Shown in pieces: positions 24,451-38,031 of a stretch of 64,000 bases of DNA. Each line of letters begins with the position of its first letter. Position 1 is the stretch's first letter. This stretch comes from Eledone cirrhosa (taxonomy: Eukaryota): assembly GCA_964016885.1 (NCBI GenBank), contig OZ024742.1, positions 62,744,001 through 62,808,000 on the forward strand, written 5' to 3'. The notes under the pieces are model-generated. The model worked only from the letters and a program-made list of their open reading frames with translations. It was not told the origin of the DNA and made no database searches. A program made the translations under genes and the position numbers.

Positions 24451-25344
24451 TATTACCATTATTATTGGATCTAGTGATACTACTAGTACTTATTAGTATT
24501 ATGATTATTGCTGCTACTACTACTACTACTACTACTACGATTCGATATATTTGGTGGTATGCTAGTTGTCGTTTCTGTTGCTGTCGCTGTTGTTGATGTT
24601 ATCGTCATTACAGATGTTCTTGTTACCGCCTGATCTCAATGCCACACAGTACCAAATACCGAAACACCCTGCCGAGGGGGGGGGGGTCATTGTCTCATGC
24701 CCTGGTCCGAAAATTATTTTGTCTGTCTGGCAATACCTGGTTTTAGACGACCGGCTGACCATTAACCCTTCCGGGTTGGACTATAACGCACCAGAGTACT
24801 CAATACTTAGGGTAGTCGAGTGGGTAATAGGAAAAAAGTCAGGACCCCGACGGCTGAGCTCCGGCCGTTTCGACAGCTACATCCGAACTGTTCGGATCTA
24901 GCTGTCGAAACGGCCAGAGCTCTGTGCCTGTAACAGATAATCCTAGGGCTCCTCAACAGGAGTTACAATTATATGCACAGGACACCTAAAGATAATTTAG
25001 GTAACTAAATATCACACGAGGTTTATATATTGAGATACAGTAAAACCTCGTGCGACAAGCAGTACATAGTGGCAAGAGTGGATTGTAAAACGGCTAGAAA
25101 TTACAGCCTAAAGCCACTCAACTTCAAAGCTCGACAAACAAGGAGCCGAATTCAAATAAAAAGTAGAGTTAAATACTCATATTAATACCCTGTAATTAAT
25201 GAGCTCAAAGTATAAAAACCGAGCACTTTATATATATATATATATACATATAAATATATAGAGATAAGAGGAAAGCACAAACAGGGGACATTCCCATCAT
25301 CAAATAACGACACAGCTTCCTGTTTCTTCTATAAATATATATAT

Positions 25345-25680
25345 GGAGGCACATGACTTAGTGGTTAGAGCATTGGCCTTGCAATCGAAAGGTTGTGAGT
25401 TCAATTCTCAGACCGGGTAATGTGTTGTTTCCTTGAGCAAGACACTTTATTTCACATTGCTCCAGTTTACTCAGCTGTAGAAATGAGATGATAGGGACCC
25501 CAGTCCCTATCATTTCTGCAAAGTGGTCGTGGAGGTGCCACGGCAAAAAAGCACCCAGCACTTACTGTAAATGAGGTTGGTGTTAGGAAGGGCATCCAGC
25601 TGTAGAAATCAAGCCAGAATCAGTTCCCGCCCCACCCTTGCAAGCAGGGAAAAGCAGACGTAAAATGATGATGATGATAT
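25345..25680 (+). mobile_element. CORE-type tRNA SINE with (TGA)n tail
   Basis: TGACTTAGTGG A-box, GAGTTCAATTC B-box, TCCTTGAGCAAGACACTTT CORE-like segment, GATGATGATGA tail. Confidence 0.75.
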
Positions 25681-28656
25681 ATATACATATTACACACAGA
25701 CTTGTGTGTGTGTGTGTATAAAGAAAGTAACAAGCGTTTTACGAAGTATTGAGTAAATTTGAATTTTGATAGCATTTTAACTTGTAAGCCGGAAAAAGAT
25801 ATTTTGTTTCTTCGCCGCCGATTGTGGTCACATACACATTATATTTACAAACATAAAAGAGTGAGAGAGCGAGTAAGAGAAACTGTGTATATCTTAACTA
25901 TTTAGAAATATGCCCTCAATGTTACTGTGATGTTTATTCAATGATTTCACAATTTATATCCTGGTATCAGTTGTGTCGTATTATATGTAAACGCCTCGTG
26001 GTGCAATGGAGTTCCGTCGATTTCGACGATTAATATGCCAGTTGTTCGATCAATAGAACAGCCTGTTCGTCAAAGTAACTTGGGCTCTTAACGTGTGTAA
26101 CCAGGCTGACCTTTTGAATTACAAGTTCATCCAATCCGAGGGGCTTCGAAATAGTTTGGGTCAAACTTAACGGCCTTCTCACTTCTGTATGTTTTTGCAG
26201 CAGAACTGGAACACAGGAGAGCCATGTCTGCACTTCCAGTACGATATCGACTACCTCGATTTATGAAGAGTCTGATAACAAGACGGTAACATTGTCTGCT
26301 CTTGTACCAGGACATCATGGCGTCACATATCTACCGGGACAAGTCAGTAGGCTTGTAACTCGCCTCCTGGAATAGCAACTCTGCACCAGCTTCTGTCGCT
26401 GGAGTGAATTTTCGGTTTAAGGTACTCAGGGTTTGGTTCATTCGCATAAGACTTCTAGGAGAAAATCTTGGAAGAAGTCGTGAGTTGTATAGCCAATCTC
26501 ACTACTAAATTGTCTGAGAGAAAATTACCCCCGAACAGTCGAGTAAAAGTGGTTAACGTCTACAGCAGTTCGGTGGCGCTGAGAAACATCTGACCAGATT
26601 GGACTGCTTACTCTTTCGTTCTTGAAAAAGGGACAAATTTTGCTGGTCAGGAGATCCATCTACTGCTAATACCCATTCCAACGGAGCTACAAAGATACCT
26701 GAACTACAGCTACAACGAAAACGGTGAACATGTGTGGCCACCCTTCGTGTAACACGTCTTTCATCAGTTTATTTTTGACTGAGCTGTAATCTTAGACCTA
26801 GGTAAGGCGTTTTAGCATCTACCAGATAGATTTTGCGAGCAACTTTCGCAATCTATGTTTTACGAAGATATGTGAGAGCAGCGAATCTATCGGGGCTAAA
26901 TCAACCTACTTTGATTGTACAACAATAAACAGGAGGCGAGAAACTGAGAACGGGCATACTTGCCTTTGATGTGTCTAAGTAATGCGACACTTGGTAGTAT
27001 TCCTACTTCCCCCTACGAATTGTCCTAGGTAGTCTTCCTACCCTATTAGAGAACTTTCTCGTTGATATTTTATGATTATCTACTGTTTTTTGTTAATTTC
27101 GTCCTTTTATTTGATGTAAACCCCATGCAGCCTTCCAGCTTAAAAATGTTCCCACCACTGGGCACCAATAGTAAGTAATTTTCAAATGGTAACGCCATTT
27201 TTGTCATTAACTGATGTTTCTCTTGCAAATCCGGAGAACATTTTTGAGTTGGTTTGTATATTTACTGCAGTTGTTTCCCTCGAAATTATCGTGTGATCAT
27301 TTATATTTATACTAAGTTTTTACGAATAACAACATTCTTACGTAGGTTTTTAATCGCTTTCACTAAATTCTCCATTTAAGCGATTTGAGACGTTTCTAAG
27401 TTGTCTCATGAGAATTTGTTTGTCCTTGTGAATAGTGTGTTCTAGAGCAATGGCCTTCCTAACTGGGACATATTTCATGAAAATAGATAACATTATTTAA
27501 ATAAAATGACCCAGATTCATATATGAATATTTTATACATATTTATTTGTTTGTTCAGTCACTAGACTATGTCCATGCTGGAGTACCACCTTACCCCGTAC
27601 TTATTTTCTCAAGTCTGCTATATATTTTATTGAGGTCTTTTTGTCGAACAGCTAATTTACGGGTTGAGTTCTGTACACTCAGCCGCTTAACGCCAATGAA
27701 ACCTACGCGTTTGGTACAGATGTTTATTATATATATGTATATACACACACACACATCTGACTGACCGGCTATATATTACATTTTCTCGTATATATAGTAA
27801 AATTTAATTTTTCATACATTCACGGACTAACTGGTTGGAACAAAATCTAGGTAAGTGAGGAGTTTGTTTACTGGCCCCTTTTGGGAAACGGGATCTGGTT
27901 CAGCTGGAGAGAGAGAGAGAGAGAATGTGTGTGTTTTCAGGACTTCGCAGTTGATTTATATCTGGAAGCTTTGCCAGACGGTAGAAGCGCACTTTTTTTT
28001 CTGTGTAATCTACTTTGGTTTTGGCTGGTACTTGTTAGCGTGAAATGACTTATGAAAGCCTCTGTGGGGCCCATGTTTGTCCACCTCCTCGTGGTGTGAC
28101 CTGGAAACAGATCGCTCATCTTGATCAGGTGAAAGACAACATGAAACAAACTCATACATTTACAATATACACAGTATATATACTGTTTGTATTTATGTTT
28201 ATATATATGTGTACACACACACAGATAGCTATATGTACTGTGCACATATATGAGGTAAGTGCATGTCCGTACATGCAGCTAATGCACAATCCTAGAACTA
28301 GTGGTGTCTGTGCATGCCACGAAAAGGGTGTGATATGAACCACTTAACAGTATCAATATCTCAACAGAGTCAGTAAATAGGGGGTTCGTGCTACTATAAA
28401 TAGAATCAGGGAACAATTAGACACTAAATGGGATCCGGCAATCGTCCGCGAAGATAAGGGATTTAAGCTAATCTCCTCCATCTAATTTATTAACACACCA
28501 ATCTGTCGACAATCTTATATCTTCTGCAACCTTTCTCTACCTTATACTCCAACACCCCCCCCCCCCCCCCAACCCTCTTGCTTCTCTGCTGACATCTTTT
28601 CCCATCACTCGTTCTCTATCCGTGTTGATATCACGCTATTCTTCGTGTTGTGTGTG

Positions 28657-28870
28657 CAGCATGGCCAAATGGTTAGATTTGAACTGACGAACATATGGTT
28701 ATGGGTTCGATTCTTGCACTAGGCCACGCGACGTGCGTATGAACAAGACGCTCTATTATTTCACGTTGCTATTCATAGGACTGGGGCCCCTTTCGGTAGA
28801 ACACGCAAATAAAGATGAAACTCGAAGGAGGTTAGCCAAGTTTGCATATGTGCGAGTTGTAAATTTCATT
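28657..28870 (+). mobile_element. CORE-type tRNA SINE, degenerate
   Basis: TGGCCAAATGG and GGTTCGATTC boxes, GAACAAGAC. Confidence 0.6.
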
Positions 28871-29529
28871 ACTAATTGGATTATCTAGGCTAGCAACTAC
28901 TTATAAAATGATTTTTTTCCGTAGATGCTAACTACTCCTGTGCATCCACTACAGAAGTGTTTCTTTGTCAGCCTGTCTGATCCCATTGCTCTTGTAAACA
29001 TACTTTATAGTAGGTGAACTGCAGGAAATTTTTGCCTAATCCTTTTCTACATACTAAGCATGACCACTTCATACATGATTAAGTTCTATCTTGTCAGCTG
29101 AAACATCTTTCTTTGCTGTGAAGTAACCTATTATCATCGAATTGATTTGAAGTACTGAAACAGTTTAGTGTGGAAGGATCTATTATTATTCAATGAAACG
29201 TCGGGCAAATACTAAGCAGTATTTGTTCCGAGTTTAAATCCCGCCGAGGTTAGCATTGTCTTTCATCCATCTACAACTTTTCCCTACCCTAAATTGCTGG
29301 TATTACGCCAATGTTAGAAAGAATTATTACTAATTCATTGACATGCAGTTGTGTTCATCCTCAAAACGTTCAGTGGTAAAACAGTACATGAAAGACAGCG
29401 GTATTGTAACAAGAACTTGAATAGATTAACTTCCAAGCCGAAAAAAATTTAAGTGTACTACTTAACTCGACAGAAGGTAATCTCCAACTTGCACTCGATA
29501 GGTTTGATGCAGAGTGCTGCATGGCTGGA

Positions 29530-30260
29530 ATGTAAATCAGTGCTGCGAAAACTGAGATTTCGTTCTCGAAGGAATCCTGTGCAGTGCACTCTACATGTAA
29601 ATGGAGTTCCACTAAAGCAGGTGGAGAAATTCAAGTATCTTGGGGCTGTGTTTACAAGTGATGAAAGGCAGAAGGCTAAATTAAGAGCAAAAATTGCAGG
29701 AGCTGGCGCAATAATGTACCAGACTAAGCATTCAGCAATCAGAAGGGTGGTAGGCATAAAAGCCAAAGTCACTATCTTCAATTCGGTATTCGTGCCAACC
29801 TTTAACTGTGGCCATGAATCTTGGGTAATGACCGAAACAATACAATCGCAAATACAAGTGGCCGAAGTGAAGTGAGGTTCCTCCGATGGGCTTTTGGAGT
29901 AACGTTACTCGATAGAGTGCGTAGCTCAGGGATCAGAGAGTCACTCCAGGTAGAGCCGCTACTTCTCCGAATTGAGAGATCACAGCTTCGATGTTATGGG
30001 CAGGGGGGAAAGAGAGAAAAAAAAAAAAAAAAAAAAAAAAAAAGATCGCTGGGCTGATTTTACGGCCAAAACCAACTAGCAGGAGACCCAGGGGTAGACC
30101 CCAAGCAAGATGGTTGGATAACATCCATTAACTTGGCTGATCTCGCTCGGGGATCTAGCCGAAACAGTTGGAGATGTTCGCTTTTGACAGGACTTGCTGG
30201 AAAGCTGTTTGAAGACAGCCTGCACGACCCTCTCAGGAATAAGTGGACAAAGAAGATGTG
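29530..30260 (+). mobile_element. RTE-clade LINE 3' fragment
   Basis: QCTLHVNGVPLKQVEKFKYLGAVFTSD..FNSVFVPT..WVMTE..IERSQLRCYG..RPRGRP. Confidence 0.82.
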
Positions 30261-31089
30261 GTGAGATTTTCATCGTCTTCAAAATCTATCTTGATCACTG
30301 TTTAGTGTCCTTTACTGTATCACCGTCTGAGGGACATCTTCAGGAATATTAACTGGCATAAACAAGTACAAGAGTGAGATATGACTAATGGTTAAGATGT
30401 TGAAGTTACCATCATATGGTTGGAGGTTGGACAGGGTGGTGCATTGTCTTATTGAGCAAGAGACTTCATTACATTGTTTGGCTTCCTGTGATATTCCTCT
30501 TCATTACATTGTTTGGAGAGGAACATCACAGGAAACCACCTAAACCTGTGTGAGGTGTAGATTTCATTTTTTTTTCTTTTTATATCACCTATCACATTGT
30601 ATTTGAAGCCAAACTCCAACCCACCTGAGTTACAACAGCAAAAAGAACATGGACACGGGAGGATGGGACGCATACATGCTAAAATAACAGCAACAAAGAA
30701 CAAAAATAAGGAAGAAAAGTTGATGTATATATACACACACACATAAATGAAAAGCAAATTTAAATAAATAGAAAGAAGTCTATTTTATTAATATTAAAAA
30801 TTACTTTTAAAATTAATGTTGGCTGTAATGAAATCCTGGATTTCAAATTCTTTGGACTCTTACAGAAGATGAAATAAGATTTAGGGTATGATTTTATTCA
30901 GGATAAAAAAAAATAAACGGGGAACGGGATGGCAGGAGTGAAGATAATGAAATGAATTTTTAGAGAACTTTTCTTTCTCTTTTTGCTTAATATCACCTGA
31001 AAACAGATGAGATTTTAAATTTCAAGTCTGAGTGAAAGAGAGGCCCATTTTGGCTGATTTCTTAGGTCTTTGCCTTTAAAGGTAAAAAA

Positions 31090-31278
31090 TAATAATTGTT
31101 TCTATTTTAGGCACAAGGCCAGCAATTACCCAGTACATTACTGGTACTTTATTTTATCGACCTCGTAAGGATGAAAGGCAAAGTCAACCTCGGCGGGATT
31201 TGAACTCAGATCGTAAAGGGATGTAACTATGCTGGAAAGCATGGCGTCCGACCCTCTACCGATACTGCCAATCCACCA
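31090..31278 (-). mobile_element. Full-length Meta-type SINE with a ~17-bp TSD
   Basis: AGGTAAAAAATAATAAT on both flanks (~31080 and ~31278). Confidence 0.9.
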
Positions 31279-31339
31279 GGTAAAAAATAATAATAATTAT
31301 AAAAAATATGCTGGCACATAATCCTAATATTATAATAAC

Positions 31340-32610
31340 TATTATTATTTCTAAGACAGATACAAGGCCACATATTTGGCAGTGGGGAGGTATCGTTGAC
31401 TAGATCAACCCCAATATTTGACTGGTACATATTTTATCAATCCCAAACGAATAAAAGGCAATATAGGCCACAGAAGTAAACACAATGCTACAATAATGAT
31501 AATAATAATGGTTTATAATTTAGGCAAAAGGCCAGCAATTTAAATTCAGAATGTAAATGGTAGTAACTAAATACTGTTAGGCATTTATCCAATGCTCAAA
31601 TGATTCTACCAATTCACTGCTAGATCTCCTTTATAAGCACAAGGACAACATTTGGGGGGTTGGGTGAAACTACTCTTGACATAAAAAGCTGGAACTAAAT
31701 ACTGCAAGGCATTTAAATATAACACTAATGATTCTGGCAACCACCTATCCAGTTTCTAACATGGGCATAATGTATCAGAGCATGGATTTGGGGCTACAGT
31801 ACTTCACTGATACTTATTCTACCAATATTGGAAAGATGAAAAGTAAATTGAATGAGAACAGTGAGTTTAAGTCAGAGCATAAAGAAACGTAACTCTATAC
31901 TTAGAAACATTTTCTCTGCAGTTGCAAGGCACTCATAACAATAATAATAATGATGATTTCTAATTTAGGTACAAGGCCAGTAATTTATAGGGAGGGGAAG
32001 TAGATTATATCGACACCAGTACTTGACTGGTACTTCATTTTATCAACACTGGAAGGATGTTGCAGCAATACATGACAGGAAAGCAGGTGGTAAAATAACA
32101 GGACAAATATGATGAGCAGATAAATGGGATATGAGAAAGACAAAAAAATTGAAGTGACTTCCACTTCATTACAAAGCCTATTTTTGACATTATTAAAACA
32201 TTGGCCAATATACATTGCAGTATTTGTTCCAGCTCTTTGCCTTCTGGTTTCAAATCTGGCTAAAGTTGACTGCCTTTCATCTTTCTGGGTTCAATAAAAG
32301 ACAGTACCAGGTTAAAAAAGGCAAGCGGTTTATCAGGTGAGAGCTTATCCAGGTTTCATTAGCTTTAAGCAACTGAGTGTACTAAACTAACCCCTGGACA
32401 AGATGCTAGTCCATCACAGGGTTAATCCACAGCTGATGCTAGTAGTATTCATTTTCAGCTAAATAAACTAGGGCAACATGAAATGAAATGTTTTACTCAA
32501 GACAACACTCTAACCACTAGGCTGCATGCCTTGAAATACTAGGGTCAATTTAATCAACTTTCACCAACAAGTTGTTAGCCATGTGCCTAAATTAGAAACC
32601 ATTATTATTA
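31340..32610. mobile_element. Cluster of older nested SINE fragments (Meta-type and CORE-type)
   Basis: Repeated CAAGGCCA, GACTGGTAC, GCCTTTCATC and CTCAAGAC motifs in both orientations. Confidence 0.6.
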
Positions 32611-33340
32611 TGAATAAAAAAATCATTATTATTCTCACCCAAGTTTGAATTTTTAAATATTTTTTAGTGATTTATATATTTTTTTAAAAATTTACAAAAT
32701 TAAAAAATGGATGGGGAGAGTAGTTGAGAAATGTTTGTGATAAAGTATATAAAGGTATGTTATTGTGGATGGGTGAGTGTTGTAAGAACACCACCACCCC
32801 TGGGTCCTGTCCTTTCTAATCAGTATTGAGAGGGGATGAAGACTGAGGGAGAGTCTTTTTTTATGTAAAGTCTGTTTTGTCTTATCTTTTCATATTTTTT
32901 TTACAAAATATATATATATATAAAAGGAAGATTGGAGGAGTGGGAATGGTGGGGGTAATTCTTTTTGTTTTTTAAATATATTTTCAGTTCACAGTTCTCT
33001 ACAGCTAGACAAAAAAAAATTTAGAAGTCACTCACATTTTCTTGGATGGAGTCGGGAAGAGGGAAGTGCTGAGTATTTATGCATAGGTGAAGGGTTGATT
33101 CCCTCGCTCCTTACCAATAAATCAAGGCACACAGAACTCCCACCCACCCCCTCATCCATCCAATTCCACCATATAAAAGTATCCAATAGATCTGATCCTG
33201 CTCCCTTCCCTGCACCACAACATTTATACCACCCCCATCAGTATTAAGGCCTTTGTCTGTCTGTTAGGTGGTAAATATTGGACACCCCACCCACCCCAAC
33301 GTGTTTCTGTGGGGAAGCGGGGGAGAAAAAAATATTTGCT

Positions 33341-34264
33341 TCAAAGATTCTCAAAGTCAAGAGTCCGTACTTCCGCTTCCAAGTTTCTCTGTTGGAAAGA
33401 TACAAAATCTCTGCCCCCCTCCTCTTCCTCTTCACTTGATGTGTTACCTTCAAATGATGTGAGAGAACATGGTGTTGGTGGCATGGCAGAGAGTCGGCCC
33501 TGTCGAATGTGACGGCTGTTACTGTTGTTGCCTCGTACCACTCGACGCCGTTTCTTGGCCGAGAGAGTAGCACCCGTACCGACCGACCCATCAGATGCTG
33601 ATGATGTTGAGGAGGAAGGAGAGGGATAGCTACTTGTGCTCAAATTTGTCATTGACACCTCAGTCTCTGAACCTGTTGCCCGACCTTCGTCCAGGCTTGC
33701 ATTTTTCTTCTTGCGGGTTATCCGATAGTCCTTGGAATCCTTGCCCTCTTTGTGCAGGATCTGAGTTAGTTTCCGACGCCGTGCATTAATGAACCAGTTA
33801 GACACCTGTTTGTGCTTAATGTTCAGGTTAGTTGCCATCTTCAGTTTATCATCCTCACTAGGGTAGGCATTGTAACGGTTTGACTTGAGCCAGTCGGTCA
33901 TCACACGAACTGCTTCTTTTGGCAGGTTTCCTCGCCGGCGTCGTTTGCTCCTGTCCTCACAGGTAATCACATTTTTCTCCCGTGGTGTCGCTGCTACTGC
34001 TGCAGTAGACTTGGCAGAAGGCACTACTCGAGGAGTAACAACAGCAGATGTAGTAGTTTCAAGGATAGGTTTAAGTGGTGACAGCTTGGCAAAGGGCTTG
34101 ACCTGCCGAGAAAATGGAGGGCTTATCGGAGTGTTGCAGATCTGATTTGGCAGTAACATTGTCTTCTCATCTTTAATAGGAACAGGCTTGAGTGGTAAGT
34201 TGACATGATGGTGGTGGTGATGTTGGTGATGATGGTGGTGGTGGTGATGATGGCTGTTGTACAT
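33341..34264 (-). CDS. TGIF: TGIF-family TALE homeodomain transcription factor, divergent (~307 aa from the ATG at 34264; exon probably begins at 34314)
   Basis: KRRRRGNLPKEAVRVMTDWLKSNRYNAYPSEDDK..QVSNWFINARRR..ILHKEGKD..YRITRK shows the AYP loop, WFIN and the TGIF post-homeodomain extension. Poly-His N-terminus, PPTP, and an NLS-like KKRRRV. Polypyrimidine tract plus CAG acceptor at 34315-34340; the ORF-track residues upstream of it are intronic. Confidence 0.9.
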   Translation of the reverse strand: MYNSHHHHHHHHHQHHHHHHVNLPLKPVPIKDEKTMLLPNQICNTPISPPFSRQVKPFAKLSPLKPILETTTSAVVTPRVVPSAKSTAAVAATPREKNVITCEDRSKRRRRGNLPKEAVRVMTDWLKSNRYNAYPSEDDKLKMATNLNIKHKQVSNWFINARRRKLTQILHKEGKDSKDYRITRKKKNASLDEGRATGSETEVSMTNLSTSSYPSPSSSTSSASDGSVGTGATLSAKKRRRVVRGNNSNSRHIRQGRLSAMPPTPCSLTSFEGNTSSEEEEEGGRDFVSFQQRNLEAEVRTLDFENL

Positions 34265-37153
34265 GGAGAATGTCGTTAATGGATCAACACTGGGCTCTGC
34301 TTGGATTTTGGTTACTGAAAAATATAGAAAAGAAAAAAAAGATGAGTAAATAGAATAAATAGAAAACAAGTCTTTATAGATACAAAGCCAGAAATTTGTA
34401 GGGAATTTATCAAACATGAATGGATAAATGAAAATGTAACTAAATACTGTAAAGTATTTTGTCTGGTACAGTACACCTTTAAAATGGTTAGTGATGGAAT
34501 GATGATGATACAAGGTAGGGAAGATTCTTCAGTCTTGCCAAATACATGACACACATTTTAGTGTTGGTGCCATGATAGAACAACCCCAGCTTACCCAGTA
34601 AGGTGATTGGCTTTGGAAAGAGCACCCAGCTGTAAAAACCATGCCAAATGACAAAACACATGGGCAAGAAGTGTTTTTTCAACCTTTCTAGTCTCGGACT
34701 GTGACAACCTATCCAACCCATGCTTATTATTATAAATTCCTTATGATTCTTTACACTGGTACTCTAAGCTAAAATGTTCTACAGCATGTGTAAATCAATC
34801 CCAATATGTTTGATACTTATTTTATTCTCTGGAAGAATGAAAGGCTAGCCTCTGTGTTTGAACTACTAAACTATGAATAGACTTAACTAAAACGTTTTGA
34901 CTAGTGATCTAACAATTCTACCAACTCTATACCTATAACAATTCTAGCATAAACCACATTATAACATTTTAAATAATTTTTCCTTCAGGCCACATATTTG
35001 GAGAGAGAGGCAGCTGTCAAACTGACACCAAACCACCTGAAACCACCTTGGAATTATGATTCAAAACTGCTCTCGTCGTATTAAATCCTTCCATCATATT
35101 TTATTTTTAAAAAATTTTCTTAAGCATCATCGTTTAACGTCCTTTTTCCATGCTAGCAGGGGTTACTAAAAGTTATTTTATTATTGTGCAAAGCAACAAA
35201 AATAATAGCAATTATGGTTTCTTAAGCACTTAGAAAAAGCTCTTACATAAAATTATAATGGAAGGTTTAATTAATCCTTTTGATACCAACACCTCCAAAA
35301 TTGTCACTGGTTCTATGAAACAAAACCATCCATTCTAAGGAGTCTGAACGTTAATTAAAACCTTTTATTAAGTTTATATTAGAAATGAAATAATAATTCA
35401 TTTGAAATATGGTAACAAAAATGTTAAATGTTAATATGCATACTTTAAAACAAATAATATTTAATCAAAGGTCATGGGTTTGGTTACTAGACTGAGTTGT
35501 GCATTACGTTCTTCAGCAAGGCACTTCATTTCACATTGCCTTTCATGATAGGTTTGGGGCTCCTACCATAACACTTGAGAAATATTCTATGAGTGCACCC
35601 TTATAAAAGCTCAGATAAATCTACATAGATGTGAGTTGCAAATTTTATTTTATTTTATTTTATTTTATTATAAAACAAGAGAAGATTTCAAGTCAGCTGG
35701 TATGAAAAGGATTAAGCTGTTGACAAAAAACAGTTTGACTTTAAGATTCCCTTACTAAATGACATAATTCCAAAACATTGGCACACTGCAGGGTGTGGTA
35801 TAGATTCTCCCATTCCAACACCATAGTAACAATAATAATAATATTTTCTAATTTAAGCATGAGGCCAGCAATTTGGAGGAGGGGAAAGTTGATTAAATCA
35901 ACACCAGTACTTGACTGGTACTTTATCAACCAAAAAGGATAAAAGACAAAGTTGACCTTGGACATAAAGAAAGAAACAAGACATTTTATCTGATATGAGC
36001 CTGCCAATATATTGCCCAATGATAATTTCAAATAGCAACCATAAATATGAGAGAGATTAATTGATTAAATTGACCCCAGTGTTTGATTGGTTATTTTGTT
36101 TCAACCTCGGAAAGATGTGAAAGACAACACTGAATCTGGCAGGATTTGAATTCAGAATGTAAAAGTATAAGAACAAAGACTGTAAGGTACTTTGTCAAAC
36201 ACTTTGAGTATAGAGTAGGAATATTATCAATCTGTAGCACTCTTTGAAATGAGAATTAAATAAGTAGCTCAGACACCTTCTGGAATTGTCACAACGCTTC
36301 CATTACACTAACAACAGAAAATCAAAACACTTAAGATAAATATTCTCTAATATTCCAAGTGCTGTCCAAAGAATCAAACCCATGATGGTTTGATTGTAAG
36401 TCCAACACCTAAACCACAAAAGCAACACAATTTCACTTATAATACATAGTGCCATTGGCATGATAAAATGCAATCCAGTAGACTCTGCAAAATGGCTACC
36501 AATCAGAGACACCGTAAGGTACAAAGGACTCTTTATCGAAGACAATCTTTCTAGTGCTGCTGCCAAAATAAAATGCACCCAGTACATTCTGTAAGGTGGT
36601 TAGTGTTAGGAAGAGTATCTAGCAGTCGAAACCATGACAAATATGTAATGTGAACAAAGTTTAGTCCCATGGTCCAGTCAAACTATACCAACAGAGAAAG
36701 CAGACATAAAATGGTGATTTATAATCATATGTAAATACACATACACAGAGTTTAACAAAAGAGAGTAAGAATATCCAAGATACATTGTATGTGTTTCTCT
36801 CTCTATATGTATGCATATATATATAAATCTTTCTATTTCTATTATGGTTACCTTCCTACATTTGTGTCTTGCATTTTTCCTGTTTGATTGATTGTAGGAA
36901 TTTTCCTGCTCTGTATCATTATGTAGATTTTTCATCGTTTCCCCTATCCAATGGGTGGGCCAAAAAGACCCAATCTGTACCATTATTGTCTTGCCCAGTA
37001 TTTGTTGTTTTCATCCTTGGGGATTATTGATGCTCAGGGAAGAGTAATATTATTGTTAAAGCATCTGAAACTATGGACAGCTAACATGTTTAACAAGTTG
37101 GAATTGTCCATATATCAATCTTCATGTTTTCTTTGTCTTATGTGGTTTTTGAC

Positions 37154-37200
<47 letters not shown>

Positions 37201-37680
37201 CAAGTTAGAGATAAATGTATTTGTTGAAAGAAGCTGGTGACTCAGTTACACCACAGACTTTATCATGTAATTCAATTCATCAAAGCCATCCACTCCAGAA
37301 GAATCACAGCCAATTGGTAGTTATATACGTTACCCTAATTACACCTCAGATAAAACATGGATATTGCAAGCCACAACAGAGGCAGTGCATTTAGCAGTGT
37401 CACAACTTAATAAAAATTATATAAGTGGAGAAACATGAACTAGCAAAGTAGCAACTGAATAACACTGCGACAATATAGAGTGGGCACTTCTACGCTGTCA
37501 GACAACCTCTCTAATGTGAGTGGCATGATAAAATGCATTCAATCGATGCCGTAAAAGGGTTTGTGATAGCAAGAGTATGCAAATGTAAACACATGCCAAA
37601 AACATGATAGTGAAATCAAAGAAAAACCTTATTCTCATCATGTTTGTGTAAAAAGAATTTCTGGTTGCTAGTACAAGAAC

Positions 37681-37889
37681 AATATGTAAATTAAACTGAC
37701 CTACATTTAACCCGTGTGTCAAATTAAAACTAATATGTAAATTAGATAGCCTGACCTATATCTTAACTATGTGTCACTCAGTTCTCAAACTAAAACCAGT
37801 ATGTAAATTAGATGACCTGACCTACAACTAAGCTGTCACTCAGTATATGTAAACGAGTTGACTTGACCTACATCTAAGCTATGGGTCAT
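37681..37889. repeat. Degenerate ~45-65 bp tandem repeat, about 4 units
   Basis: Units of TATGTAAA..TGACCTA..TAA..(T/G)GTCA. Confidence 0.8.
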
Positions 37890-38031
37890 AATACCAATGT
37901 CACATGTGGAGACATCACAACCCACTGCCAGTCATCACCCTAATAAAGAATTTCCAGCATAGCTGCAAAACCAGGTGGGAATAAACATAGTTGATTATAC
38001 TAGATTAAACATTACATAGACTGCTTCTTAC

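Noticed and set aside
34315-34513. Hydrophobic N-terminal extension of the 390-aa ORF
   Set aside because: It lies upstream of a clear polypyrimidine/CAG acceptor and is AT-rich intron read-through.
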